Positions 28,398-41,279 of a DNA stretch of 64,000 nucleotides are shown in pieces; the stretch's first letter is position 1, and each line of letters starts with the position of its first letter. The translations under genes and the position numbers were made by a program. Source of the stretch: Okamejei kenojei (lineage: Eukaryota); NCBI GenBank assembly GCA_035221665.1, contig CM069165.1, positions 26,350,001 to 26,414,000 on the forward strand, given 5' to 3'. The notes under the pieces are model-generated. The model was not told the DNA's origin and did no database searches. It saw only the letters and a list, made by a program, of their open reading frames with translations.

Positions 28398-31300
28398 TTA
28401 GCATAACCAGACAATAACCTACATCAGAAATTCAGTCACTAAATTGTATATAATCCAACATTTCATACAAATCAGAAAATGAAGATAATAAACTTAGCTT
28501 ACAGCACTTGCTTTCTGTGAAGATTATTAATTGCAAAGCTCAACAGCAGAACCTTGCAGGGGAGCAAACAAATACTCCTTTGATTTAATCTTCAATATTT
28601 ACCTTTACAATTAAATCAAAATTGCAAAAAGATGATGCAGTTAATATAATTGGTACCACTGTGTAACTCGGTGGGAGAGGGCAGGGTAAGGGTTTGCATT
28701 GACATTTTGCATAACATTAACCCACACCGCCTGTACACGTGTGAAGAAACAGTTGTTGCCAAAAATTAATATATTTACTTGCCCCTTACCCCTCCCCACA
28801 TAAATTCCTTGAAGGTGATTGCTAGGGTGACGATTTGTGAATTCTATCAGAGTAAATTTCCATCACCCAAACGGTTGCAACGTGGATTGGGTGATAGTGG
28901 TATGGAGTGATGATTGGGGAGCACCTGTACAGCAAGCGATATTAGTCAGAAAGATTAGAGCTGCATGTAACAATAACCACACAAAGGTGTACTCAACATA
29001 CAGATCAGGCAACCCAAATTTTCAGGAATACTACTGAGGACAAATTCACGGAGCATTTATGAGCGTTCTTTTTTATTTCAACACAAGCAGGGAATCTATA
29101 AGGGAACAAACTATTTTAGACGCAGCATTCTGCAATGAGAAAGTGTTCAATAATAATCTGCTGGTTAGGATGCATTGAGAGAAGTGTAAGCATAATATGA
29201 CAGAACTTTACATACATAGGGAAAGTGATTTTATACTGTCTGAAACCATAATCTTAAACCTAAGTGTAGCAAATTACAAAAGATACAGGTATGAGTTGCC
29301 TACAGTAGATTCAAAAATATTATTAAAAAGGTATGACAGCTAACATTTAAAGTTAAAGCAGTTTGACGCACATATTCAACCTTCAAGTCACAAAAACCCA
29401 CGAGGAAAGGTATTCTAATTGTGACAAATAATCTAAAGGCAGATCAAACAAGGATGCTTTGACGCATTTAAAGACGTTTTTTAGTACATTATTTTATGAC
29501 CGTATGATCTTATTATTTTAATGTTGTTTTTGAAAACTTGGCAATGTGTTTTTTAATGGTTTCCTTTTTTCCTAGGTGCGACAGGCAGGACTGGTTGCCA
29601 TGCCTCGAGTTAAACCCCAATGTTGAACGTGACCATAAATCATTAAGAAAGTACATGAAAAAGGAGAACCATTTAACTTTTAGTCTATACTGTATAAATA
29701 TAATGTGTGCATTTTGCCTCAGAAAAAAGAATGAATGCCAGTCAACCTAAGGCACTGTTGGCTTTAATCTTTCCAAATGCTCCAATCAACATTAATACTT
29801 ATTTACTGTACTTCCTTCTCATTCACTTATCGCCTTTGGAACTGAATGCCAAATAAACTAGTGTCTTGACCCAAGACAAAGTCTTCCATTGGTAGTCATA
29901 TTCTCCCGTATCTGCTAAGAGTAGCAGTAGTATAATGTGGACCTCTAAAGAGAATAGAGGTGTAACTAGTGAGTTACATCCGGAAGATACTATTCACAAA
30001 AATCACAAACCAACATAGGGATGGAAAGAAAAGGTAGGTCACATCATTATTTCACATCATTTTGGCTCAAATGGAGGACAGTACTGCTTGTCCAAGTTCT
30101 GAGCTATACAATCAATGATATAACACTTCTAACTTTGACCAACAGGCATAGTGGCTCGGAGGCAGGAGATGCCGCAGATTCTGGAATCTAGAGGGGAATA
30201 AAAGTTGCTGGAGGAACTCAACGGGTCAGGCAGCATCTGCAGAGCAAAATGGACAATCGATGTTTCAGGTTGAGTCCCTTCACCTGGACTGAGAGAGTAG
30301 TGGGGAAATAGCTGTCATGTAAGAAATGGAGGAAGAGGTGTGGGGTAAGAGTTGGCAGTGATAAGTTGAGTCAGGAAACAGAGGATAAGAGCAGAGAATA
30401 AATGGCTGCAGATTGTGGAATTTAATACGGAAGGAAGGTCAAGAGTAGAACTGAAGGAGTGGTAGCAGATAGGAAAAGCAAGAGGGTGAGAAGGGTGAGT
30501 AGTAAGGGGAAGGGTATCCAGTTTGAGTATTGTGGGGATGAAGTCCAATAGGATTGGTGAAATAAACAGTCTGATATTAGGGGAGAAGGGTGTGTGCGAG
30601 ATGGTCTGGATGGATTGGGCGAGAGAGACAGGGACAGACAGGTATGAGTTACATGCTGTTGGGTTGCAGACCAATCAAACAAACATGCAATGCTCCTACT
30701 CTAAGTTGTGTTTGGCCACACCCTGGCAGTGTAGGCAGAGGGCAGACTGTTACTTGTGGGATAGTGGCTTCTTAGAAATATGCCAATTGTGTAATGTTTT
30801 AAGATCAAGTTATGACAGAAGATGCACAATGCTGCAATGTATTAGGGGTGTTAAAAACACAAACATTCACTTACAGATTTTTCCATTTTTGCCGGCACCA
30901 GATGAACAGCCCAGAAGCAGAGGAGTGCTCCAGATTTCTATTCTTTCCATTGCTGCACATACACATTACTGCAGCACCTCTGCAGATGTACTTTACTATC
31001 TGTCAATTACACAACATGCTCAATTCAATGCAAATATACCTCGGAATAAGCCAGACTGCGCAGAAACCTGGAGCCCTATGACCTGTTTGAGAATCTTATA
31101 TGAATGACTTTGAGCAATATTATGATAATATTTCCCTGTGACATTTAAAAATACTCTGACCAAGGGGTTCCAGCAAAAAGTACATATGAATAGTGCTAAG
31201 TTAAAGATTTCCTTGAAATAAAATGATTAAAAAAACATGTAGTACAAAAGTCATTGAAAGATTAACATAAACCTTCAATTGATTAACTTAAGATTAATTT

Positions 31301-31608
31301 TAAAATAGGGTGAAATACTCTAGAAGCTGTCTGCAGAGTCAGTATGCTGAAGTTCTATTGCCAAATAGGGAGTGTTGCTAGTGTAGTCTTTTCAAACTAA
31401 TTGTAAGCATTGACACAAGAGCCAATGCTGACAATTGGCACGTGTTAGTGGGGACCCAGCACCAGTTTGTTACAAATAAAGTTGATTCTTCCATTTTTAA
31501 AAGTACCGATATCAAATTGCTTTAGGATCGTAATCTCTGGTTAATGTACTTACTGTTTACTATCAACTTAGATGTTTTAATAATGAAATACAATAACTTT
31601 AACATATT

Positions 31609-31821
31609 GTGTAGGAAGGAACTGCAGATGCTGGTTTAAACCGAGATAGACACAAAATGTTGGAGTAGCTCAGCAAGACAGGCAGCATCTCTGGAAAGAA
31701 GGAATGGGTGATGATTCGGGTCGAGACCTTTCTTCAGACTCGACCCGAAATGTCACCCATTCCTTTTCTCCTGAGATACTGCCTAAACCGCTGAGTTACT
31801 CCAGCATATTGTGTCCAACTG
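31609..31821. mobile_element. Inverted Penelope-tail element with 9-bp TSD
   Basis: Two pLTR-tail halves in inverted orientation; taacatatt at 31600-31608 and 31822-31830. Confidence 0.8.
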
Positions 31822-33259
31822 TAACATATTTTCTGATTAAAACTTGGCCTTTAAACACACTGATTTGTCCCATTTCATTTTCTCTTTCAAGCTTTTAATT
31901 CATGCATAAACTCAGAAGTCTAGTTGCCTATTTTGGCCAGTTTTGTTTGTAAGTGAATGGACTTTTGCGAGGGTATAGTTCATGGGCACTCAAATACTTT
32001 TACAATAATGGTCATTTGGACAGAGTGTACACAATGAGTGTATAAATAGGCTCTTTATTTACACTACAGTCAAAATCAATATTCAACCTCAACCAACTGA
32101 TACACCTTCTAGCAAGGATGATGCATAGCAATTCTTTACCTACTGGTAAGAAGAACTTTGCCCGACTTACTTTGTTCCCAAGAGGACATTTTCCCCAAAG
32201 AGTGAGGTAGGTCGGCATTGGGAATCAGATAATAAGACTTTGTTATCTTTATTGTATTAAGATGCAAGGACTAGCAGGCAAACCATAACAGATGAGTAAA
32301 TATATTTATATTATTATAAATTTCATATATTTAAAACACTAACATGATTCATGCAAAATAGTATTAAATTTTCCTTAAAGTAAAATTATGGATTTTTTGT
32401 AGGCCTTTACTTACAGATTACTTCTAAAGTGAATCTATGAACTGAGTAATGAGCACATTTTTTTATTTAAATATATAATGCCACTAACATATCCCAGTAT
32501 CCCTGGTTTACATGAACAATGCCACAAGGAGACACAATTTTGAATCTCACCAAATTTGCAAGATACCTGAAGTAAAATTGAATTGCCATTTTAGTTTCAC
32601 TTTCATTTGGGGAAAAAAAAAAATAAGGAATGATCTTTATTTCACAGCTGCTGCAGGCTCCGATTTCTAATTTAGTTCTTCAACATTTAACTGGAGAAAG
32701 ATTTACTTTTAAGAATCCTGACCTCACTAGTTCCAGTCAGAAAGTAGGAAGATTCTTCACTGTGAACTAGTGCTGCAATGCATTTTATCGGAACCTTCTG
32801 TAATATGAGACAACTGGCACAACAATTTAAAATGGCTTCTCAAAGATTTACAAAGCAATTAATTTTAAGACTTCTTTAAACCCTTAAGGGTTTGTAGATG
32901 GTGCCAAATAAAAGTAGACTATGTGTACCCTCTCTATACTTAGACTACAGGCCGACTCGTCAACTCTGTAACTATCCAGTAAACTAGCAAGTTCAACAAA
33001 ACTGCAACTCCCTTCATAACCAAACCAGCAGCACCATCACTACAAACCTTCATGATTGCAAAACACAATAACTACAAAGCAGCATGTGGTGTCCAATTTA
33101 CAGCAAGTTCAGCTAACTCATTATGCTGCTGTGCAGCTCTCATGCCTCGGCAGTCGACCGTTCCTGCAATCTGTTCAGCAAATCAACTTCACGCACACAC
33201 GGAAGCTACCGCCCACGGTTTACTTCCTGCCTGCATAACAGACCTGATCAACTCAGGAT

Positions 33260-33285
33260 CAAAGATCCTATAGCAAGGATCTTTG
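33260..33285. mobile_element. 26-bp hAT-like remnant
   Basis: CAAAGATCCT-ATAGCA-AGGATCTTTG (10-bp TIRs) flanked by a perfect 8-bp direct repeat ctcaggat. Confidence 0.7.
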
Positions 33286-33660
33286 CTCAGGATGACCATG
33301 GGGTGAATATTACAGTTTAGACACCTTTTGTTTCACTCGTAACTATTTTGCGATCTTACAAATTTAAAAGCAAATTAGCTTTATTTCAGTAATATCTTTT
33401 TTTTTTAAGACATTGAATGTAGATAGACACAAAAAAAACTGTTCAGCGGGTCAGGCAGCTTCTCTGGAAAAAAGAAATAGGCGATGTTTTGGATCGAGTC
33501 CCTTCCTCAATGTGTACACAATGTGAAGAATGTTATCTGCACAACAATTCCCATATTCAGTTACACAACTCCATGTGGAGTTCCTGTGTAGCCCCGCACT
33601 GATACTCTCTCTTTACATTTGAATTACTGTAACAAAGAAAAATTGAAAAACAAACATTAC

Positions 33661-34707
33661 CTCTTGTCATTTATCCTATGTGGCTTCCTGACCAGGTACT
33701 CAAAATGATCGGTGATTTTGTTCGCAACCTTTGCAGTGCCTTTCCAACTTCCAAGCTGTGAAGGGGAACTTGTCGAAGGATACGTTTTTTGCTCTGACTT
33801 TACTGATCCATCCTTTAAACCACGGAATGTTTTCTGTTTTGCCTTTGGGAAGGAATCCTCACATTGACATTGCACATCCTTGTCCACCTCCATCATATCT
33901 TCATCGTTTTTATTATCAGAGTATGGATTAACACAATAAGACCTGTGGCACGGAGAAGCGTCCTCAAAACCTTCTGAAACTTTGGCTGTAAAACATGCAG
34001 GTTCAGTGTCTGATTCGTGAGGGCTATTATCAGCAAAGTCAAAGTGCACGGGAAAGATGGACTTGGTCTCTTTCTTAGCAGTGAGCCAATCTCCTGAATT
34101 TTCCTTCCCATGGTCTTGTTTTTCACCTCCACTTGTGCCAGGGGTACACTGTTCACACCCAGAATCAGAGAGCGGACTTTCAGGAACAACATAAATCTCA
34201 TCCTGTGAATCTTCATTAGAGTTCATGGTCTCAAGTTCTCTCAAGTGATGCTCCTCTTGGTTTTTTTCATCAGCCGGAGTGACAACAGTGTTCCTTGAGC
34301 CTTTTGAATCAGGAGGCTTTACCACCCATTCCTCAAGTGTGTTGCATTTCTTTTTATCTGGAATAATGTTCTTAGCTTTGTCTTTAGAACCAGAGGTTTC
34401 TAAAGTGGGGTTTGGTGCTATTTGGTTACCTCTATCATTTTCAGAGGCGTACCCGTCTACACTTTTAACTAAACAGACAGAGGACTGTTCAAACCTCTGA
34501 GTCTCCACGGCAAAGGAATATTTCCACTTTTGTTTCTGAACCTTCTCATCAAACTCACAGCACTCTGTTGATTTGCTACTCTTAGACTCGGTGCCTGAAG
34601 AATTAACCATCCTGTCCTGTTGCATGAACTGAACTGTCCACGTATCCTTGCATCCTCTCTCAGTGTCTTCTAATCCTCCGTCTTTGCCTTGTAGTTTTTT
34701 CTCAGTG
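33661..34707 (-). CDS. PARG: PARG large N-terminal regulatory exon, equivalent to human exon 3
   Basis: 1047-bp open frame, atgcag acceptor and gtaatg donor, phase 2/2; contains VVPESPLSD and the non-canonical PIP box KITDHF, as in human PARG. Confidence 0.93.
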
Positions 34708-35577
34708 CTGCATGATACAATGTAGAGAAGAATGAGAAAATACTTGAAAACAAATTACAATTTTAAATTGAACCACATTTAAAAAATATTTTTTGTCTTT
34801 AGCCATTCAACCAATCTCTTAGAGGCTTGAAAAATTAACTAGGTTACAATGCTTTATTCAATCATCGACTTATTTTCATCCTGACTAAATTGCACATGTT
34901 AAATCAATTGCAGCGGGATTTTTGAGAGTTAACTACAGGTGGCATGGCATAGGGTTGATATCATGAGTGATTTTGTTAAGGTTTATGATAAATCCTAGGA
35001 CCATTAAAAATGTACGCTGCAGCCCACTCAGCCCTTTGAGCCAATTCCTTCATTAAACATGATCTTTTAACTAAACCCCAAATTCTTGTTCTACCACATC
35101 AGTTGCTTGCTTTAACTTCTATAAATCCATGTCTATTCTGAAAATAACCACCGATTACTAATCCACTAGCACCCGAGGCATTGTACCCATGGCTCAGTTG
35201 GAAATAAAACTTTAACCTGGTTCAGTTCTTTTCACTAATTGTCTCTCTTACTGTCTTGTGTTAATATTTTTTCATTTTCTGAAAACAGCATGCTATCAGG
35301 ACCATGTTATCATTGGGAAGGGAAGCAACGGATTTTCTGCTGTTATGCTCTCTGTGGTTTCTGTTGAACAGGCTTATGCCTGGTCAATACTTGGGCGGGA
35401 GGCCACCAGGTTCGGTGGTAGTTGTTGCCTGAGAAAACACAATCCAAATCAGCAGACAACATTCATATTGAAAAAGGTTTTGTGGTCCTACGGCTAAAAA
35501 TAAAATGACTAGGTCAGAGAATCAAACATTATGGCTAGATTGTGAATCTTTAAACAGGATATGCTAGCTAGATTATA

Positions 35578-35792
35578 TGTGTTAAAGAAGGAACTGCAGA
35601 TGCTGGAGAATCGAGGGTACACAAAAGGCTGGAGAAACTCAGCGGGTGCAGCAGCATCTAAGGAGCGAAGGAGATAGGCGACGTTTCAGGTCGAGACCCT
35701 TCTTCAGACTCGACCCGAAATGTCGCCTATCTCCTTCGCTCCTTAGATGCTGCTGCACCCGCTGAGTTTCTCCAGCCTTTTGTGTACCCTAT
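35578..35792. mobile_element. Inverted Penelope-tail element with 11-bp TSD
   Basis: 82-bp arms (35614-35695 and 35709-35790, two mismatches); gctagattata at 35567-35577 and 35793-35803. Confidence 0.88.
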
Positions 35793-35978
35793 GCTAGATT
35801 ATACCTGGCTTGGTCCATTCTTAAATCTTTATTTTTCTCTGTGGTCAAATCTGCACACTTTTCGTCGTAACCTGCAAGAATTCAAAACATATATCAATAC
35901 ACATTTCATTATTTCAAACATAAAATCAGAAACCCCTGTTGCATTTTACCACTTTTGTCCGAGCTTCTGGCACAATAC

Positions 35979-36112
35979 CTAACAGAAGAGTCATAACTTT
36001 CAAAAACGTGGATTTTGTTTTCCACTGACGGTATTTTTTTCTATTTCCAATTAACTCCACAGAAGCCGTTCCCTTATGTAACTGCATCATCAACAAGAGG
36101 TACTGCTCTCTT
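35979..36112 (-). CDS. PARG: Candidate PARG first coding exon (ATG at 36090; needs +1 nt in the A7 run to join the next exon in frame)
   Basis: ttacttag acceptor, AG|gtatt donor; MMQLHKGTASVELIGNRKK then IPSVENKIHVFESYDSSVS if the run at 36034-36040 has 8 nt. No recognisable homology. Confidence 0.5.
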
Positions 36113-37266
36113 CTAAGTAACAAAATAGTCAAACATTCCCCAAAATCAAAGAATACAAGAAAAATATGTTCTTATTCATTGAGCTCATTAGGTTCAATCA
36201 TCCTGAGCAGGAAAGATTCTTGACCTACGGAACAAGCTGCAAAATGCTTCCAACACAAGTTCATTCCAAAACGAAACAGTTTGAAATGCAAATCTGCACA
36301 TCCTTTATCTTTTTAAAGCCATGGATCATGAATATCTGACTGGTTTGGATGGCTTCATCAATGGCAGAGCAAGCAACTTTTATCTGGTCACATTAAGCCA
36401 AGTGACATTGAATAATTTTTTCATGCAAAAAATATTAGGTTTGAATTAAGGATGGAAAAGAGACCAGACCATAGTTGGAAAGAGTAAGATTTGGGGGTTT
36501 TCATCAGCTGAACACAATTGGGAGTGCACATATGCCTTGGGAATAGCCAGTAATATTATAGATAATAAAAACTAATTTCCATAAAGAGCTCAGATAATGA
36601 TCTTATTTGATGAACAACCATCTTTCCTGCACATGCTGTATAGTTAGGCGACAAGAATACATTACACCAGCAAAACACTGTTTTGTAGCGCAGATGGTGT
36701 TTGGTTGCAACCAGGCGAAATGTTGATATTAAGTAATTAATTATTGATATTGCATATGTAACTTTCCCAACTGCTCACTATATTTATTGTCACTGAAGCA
36801 CGTGGCAGGAATGGCCTCCGTTTGATTCCCAGATATTAATTGGATACAGCAACCCCTATTTGGACAGTTCTAGAAAATTGATCCAAGTGTGCATCCTGAG
36901 CACGATTCGGCATCTCTCAAAAGAAACGCATTAAATAAAAATAACCACGTGGTGAAATATCCTGTAGTATTGTTTTTTACACCTGCAAAATAGGCTGAAT
37001 CTCAGAAGGGACTCAAAAGATAACGACAGAACTTCAACCCGAAAAGGTGACAAACATTAATTGGAGGGAATTAAAATAAGTGTTTAAAGACCCAAGGCTA
37101 GGTAGGTACACAAAAATGCTGGAGAAACTCAGTGGGTGCAGCAGCATCTATGGAGCGAAGGAAATAGGCAACATTTCGGGCCTAGGTAGTACTGATCAGC
37201 TGTTGGACGTTTTAGTAAATTTTTCAATGATAAAGTTTCTTGTTATTCCATTATAATTTGTTAAAG

Positions 37267-37405
37267 TGTTAAAGAAGGAACTGCAGATGCTGGAGAATCG
37301 AGGGTTACACAAAAAGCTGGAGAAACTCAGCGGGTGCAGCAGCATCTAAGGAGCGAAGGAGATAGGCGACGTTTCGGGTTGAGACCCTTCTTCAGACTGG
37401 TTTGT
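37267..37405 (-). mobile_element. Solo Penelope tail with 13-bp TSD and hammerhead-like core
   Basis: taatttgttaaag at 37254-37266 and 37406-37418; core CTGAAGA..GAAACGTC at 37395-37368. Confidence 0.85.
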
Positions 37406-37829
37406 TAATTTGTTAAAGGATTGCTTCCAAAAGTAATTTTCCACTCTACCATGTGCAGAAATAAAATCTGTAACCAAAACTGCTTTATCGCAAGAGATAA
37501 TCTGCAGAAATTACTGCAACATTTATTGGAAATAATTTGCAATGAACAACCACACTGCATGGAAGCAGCCAACATGGAAATAACGCAGCACATGAAACTG
37601 CATGCACATAAACTGCAAAAAATGCTGTCACATTGCAAGGAATAACGTGCCTAATTGTGTGAAATTAACTCGTTGCAAACATTACCCAATTTGCAGTGAA
37701 TGTTGGCGTTGCTTTTATGATTTGTATTGTGTTGTACTGAAATGGTGTGTACGTGGAAACAGTGGAAGTACAAACGTTACTACATGAAGATTGCAATATG
37801 CTGACAGATTGCATGGAAATAATTCGCCT

Positions 37830-38730
37830 TTGCTCCCACTCGCCCTAGTCGCATCGGAGCCCCCCTAGTCCTTACCTTCTACCCCATCAGCCGTGCCAAA
37901 ACATATATAATCCTCTAAAATTTCCACCACCTCCAATGGAATCCCACCACAAGCCACATTTTCTCACCTCCACCCTTTCCGCCTTCCCCAGAGACCGTTC
38001 CCTCGGCAACTCCCTGGTTAACTCATCCCTTCCCACCCAAACCACCCCCTCCCCAGGTACGTTCCCCTGAAACCGCTGAAGATGTAACACCTGTCGCTAT
38101 ACCTCCTCCCTCGACTCTGTCCAGGGACGCAGATAGTCTTTTCAGGTTAGACAGAGGTTCACTTGCACCTCCTCCAACCTCATCTACTGTATCGTTGTTC
38201 AAGATGTGGACTCATACATCGGCGAGACCAAAACACAGACTGGGCGAATGTTTTGCGGAATGCCTTCGCTCAGCTCGCCTGAACTAACCTGATTTCCCGG
38301 TTGCTGGCCACTTTAATTCTCCTTCCCATTCCTACATAGACCTTCCTCGGTCTCCTCCATTGTCAGATTGAGGCTAAACGCAAATTGGAGGAACAGCATC
38401 TCATATTTCACTTGGACAGGTTACAGCCCAGTGGTATATTGATTTCTCTCACTTCAGGTAGCCCTGGCATTCCCTCTCACTCTCTATCGCTCCCCCACCC
38501 AATTCTCATTTTCACCCTACAAATAGCTAACAATGGCAGTTTCCTTTATCATGTTACTTTTTTTGTGTATCTTTCATTCATTGTTCTTTAACTCTCCACA
38601 TCACCGTCTATATCTCTCGTTTCCCTTATCCCAAACAGTCTGAAGAAGGGTCTTGACCCAAAACGTCACCCATTATTTCTCTCCAGAGATGCTGCCTGTG
38701 GGTTACTGTAGCTTTTTGTGCCTATCTTCA
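37830..38730 (+). mobile_element. Degenerate Penelope 3' fragment (GIY-YIG region and tail)
   Basis: Colinear with 23020-23850 (YIGET, LEEQHLIF); multiple frameshifts. Confidence 0.9.
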
Positions 38731-38744
38731 AAATAACCAGGAGC

Positions 38745-39300
38745 TGTGTGTGTGTGTGTGTGTTGCGTTTATAGTGTATGTTGTATTTATTGTGGGTGGG
38801 TGTGTGTATATTTGTCGGTGCGGTGTGTATACTGTCAAGTGTGGTGTGTGAATAGTGTGTGCGTGTGAATAGTGTGCGCGTGTATATTGTGTGTGTATAC
38901 TATCGGTGTGGTGTGTGAATATAGTATGTGTGTATATTGTCGACGTGGTGTGTGTGAATATAATATGTGTGTGTGTATCATGTGTATATAATGTGTGTGT
39001 ATATTGTCGGTGTGTAGTGTGCATGTGTATATTGATTGTGTATTGTGTGCGTGTGTATTATATGGTGTGTATTGTGTGCGTGTGTATTGTCGGTGTGTAG
39101 TGTGCGTATGTATATTGTGTGTGCGTGTGTGTGTTGTGCGTATGTATATTGTGTGTGCGTGTGTATACAGGGCGTGTATTGTGTGTATGTATGTATATAT
39201 TGTGTGTGTGTATGTTGTGCGTATGTATATTGTGTGTATGTATATTGTATTGTGCGTATGTATATTGTGTGTGTGTGTATGTATGTATACGTTGTGTGTG
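38745..39300. repeat. Complex TG/TA-rich simple repeat (gtatattgtgtgt units)
   Basis: Read directly; it explains the CVY/HTY-rich ORFs. Confidence 0.95.
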
Positions 39301-39304
39301 CACC

Positions 39305-39950
39305 AAGGCCGGGCACTGCCAGGTTACAGACCTTTGCTGCAGCCTGCAGTGCCAGAGCTGCTCTCTCCCGGCCCGGCCCCGCTGTGAGAGGAGAGCTGCT
39401 GCGGGCAAACCTCGGGCCGCAACCTTTTCCTCGCCGGCTCTGCGCTCATATTAATTGGGATGGCAACTGCAATGGGATGGGTGGGTCGGGGAGGGAAGGA
39501 GGGAGGGAGGGAGGCGCCGGCGCCCTGCTGCACCACCACCAGCACCTCAGGCCGCCATGACAGACGACAACCGGCAGCGGCGGCCGCCTCAAGATGGCGG
39601 CGGGCGAGGGGGCGGGCATATCCCGCAAACTCGACTTTACAGAGGCGGCCCGCGGTTCAGGCGGCCGCCGGCGACAGCGGAGAGGCTCCACTACCGCCCG
39701 AACATCTTGGTCGCCTCGCCAACCGCCACTGCCCACCGGCAATCCTCTTTTACCTGCCTTGTCTGCGTCCCCGAACGCTGTAGTTTCTCGCCGCCGTGGC
39801 GGAGCCGGGAACCAATGGCCGGAGCTCCGCGGCGGACTACACATCCCGGCATGCCTTGCCCTTGCCGGCGACGTGACCGGCGGCCGCATGCACCAACCAA
39901 GGAAGCGCGCATGCGTCACTGGTGGTGCCAAGCTGCAGGAACTCCAGCCA
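39305..39950 (-). promoter_or_regulatory. PARG: CpG-island promoter and probable non-coding first exon(s) of PARG
   Basis: CpG-rich; YY1 CAAGATGGCGGC (~39590), CCAAT (~39812), ZNF143-type GACTACACATCCCGGCATGC (~39835-39854), NRF1-type GCGCATGCG (~39907); minus-strand donor CAG|gtaaaa at 39754/39753. Confidence 0.8.
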
Positions 39951-41267
39951 TTCATAAAAAATGTATAGAAACAGAAAAACAGGTGCAGGTGTATGTTTAG
40001 GTCTACACCTATAGTGCTGAGTGATGCTCTACCTGAAGCTTTTCAGCGCACTCCATCCAGATCCACACAAAATGCTGGAGTAACTCAGGATCAGGCACCC
40101 ATCTCTGAAAAAAGACACAAAAACCTAAAGTAACTCAGCGGGTCAGGCAGCATCTCTGGGGAAAAGGAATGGGTGACATTTCGGGTCCAGACCCTTCTTC
40201 AAAATCTTTTCTCCAGAGATGGTGCCTGACCCGCTGAGCTTTTTGTGTCCATCTTGTGTAGGTCATTCGGTCCTTCGAGACAGCACCGCCATTCAATATG
40301 ATCATGGCTGATCATACACAATCAGTACCCCGTTCCTGCTTTTTCCCCACATCCCTCAATTCCTTTAGCCCCAAGAGCTCTATCTAACTCTCTTGAATAC
40401 ATCCAGTGAATTGGCCTCCACTGTTTTCTGTGATTCACAACTTTCTGGGTGAAAAACGGTGTCGTGGCAGCAATGTTGTTTGCATTACACACTAATGCAA
40501 AGCATGCTTAAATGTCGTTGCATAACGAATACAATACATGGTTAAATGTGCTGACACAACTCATGCAATGAATAGGTAAATGATCAGTCTGAAGAAGGAT
40601 CTCGACCCAAAACATCGTGCATTCCTTCGCTCCATAGATGCAGTCTCACTCGCTGAGTTTCTCCAGATTTCTGTCTACCTTCGATTTTTCCAGCATCTGC
40701 ATTTCTTTCTTAAACATGAATGGGTATTGCACACTAATGCCAAGTATAGTTAATTGTTGTTACACAACTAATGCAATGCATGGTTAAATGAGAAGACTGG
40801 AGAATGGGGTTGAGTGGGAAAGATAGAATGTCGGAGTAGACTTGACGGGCCCAATGGCCTAATTCTGCTCCTCGAACTTATGTTGCTGTGCAACTAATGC
40901 AATGCATGGTATAAACATTGACTCAATAAACTTTGTATACGACTGTGCACATCATATTATTTCCTTAATGTTATGGCCCTTGGTAAACAGGATGTTATAA
41001 TGCTTTGGTCCACACCTATAGTGCTGAGTGATGCTCTGCCTGGAGCTTTTCAGCGTACTACATCCAAATCCAGATCCAGACAAAATGCTGGAGTAACTCA
41101 TCGGATCAGGCACCATCTCTGAAAAATGACACAAAAACCTAGAGTCAGACAGCATATCTGGGGAAAAGAAATGGGTGACGTTTCGGGTCCAGACCCTTCT
41201 TCAAAATCTTTTCTCCAGAGATGGTACCTGACCCGCTGAGCTTTTTGGGTCTATCTTCAGTTTAAAC

Positions 41268-41279
41268 CAAAGATCTTTG
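41268..41279. mobile_element. 12-bp hAT-like remnant
   Basis: CAAAGATCTTTG flanked by gtttaaac at 41260-41267 and 41280-41287, inside a Penelope tail that normally carries gtttaaac once. Confidence 0.7.

Noticed and set aside
30523-31107. 194-aa plus-strand ORF
   Set aside because: Non-ATG start, no domain, antisense within a PARG intron next to an old repeat.
38728-39560. Cys/Val/Tyr- and His/Thr-rich ORFs
   Set aside because: Translations of the TG/TA simple repeat.
39446-40000. Overlapping 107-181 aa ORFs in the CpG island, e.g. MAAGEGAG..
   Set aside because: Expected in GC-rich DNA; the ATG is part of a YY1 motif; no likeness to TIMM23, POLR3A or PARG N-termini.
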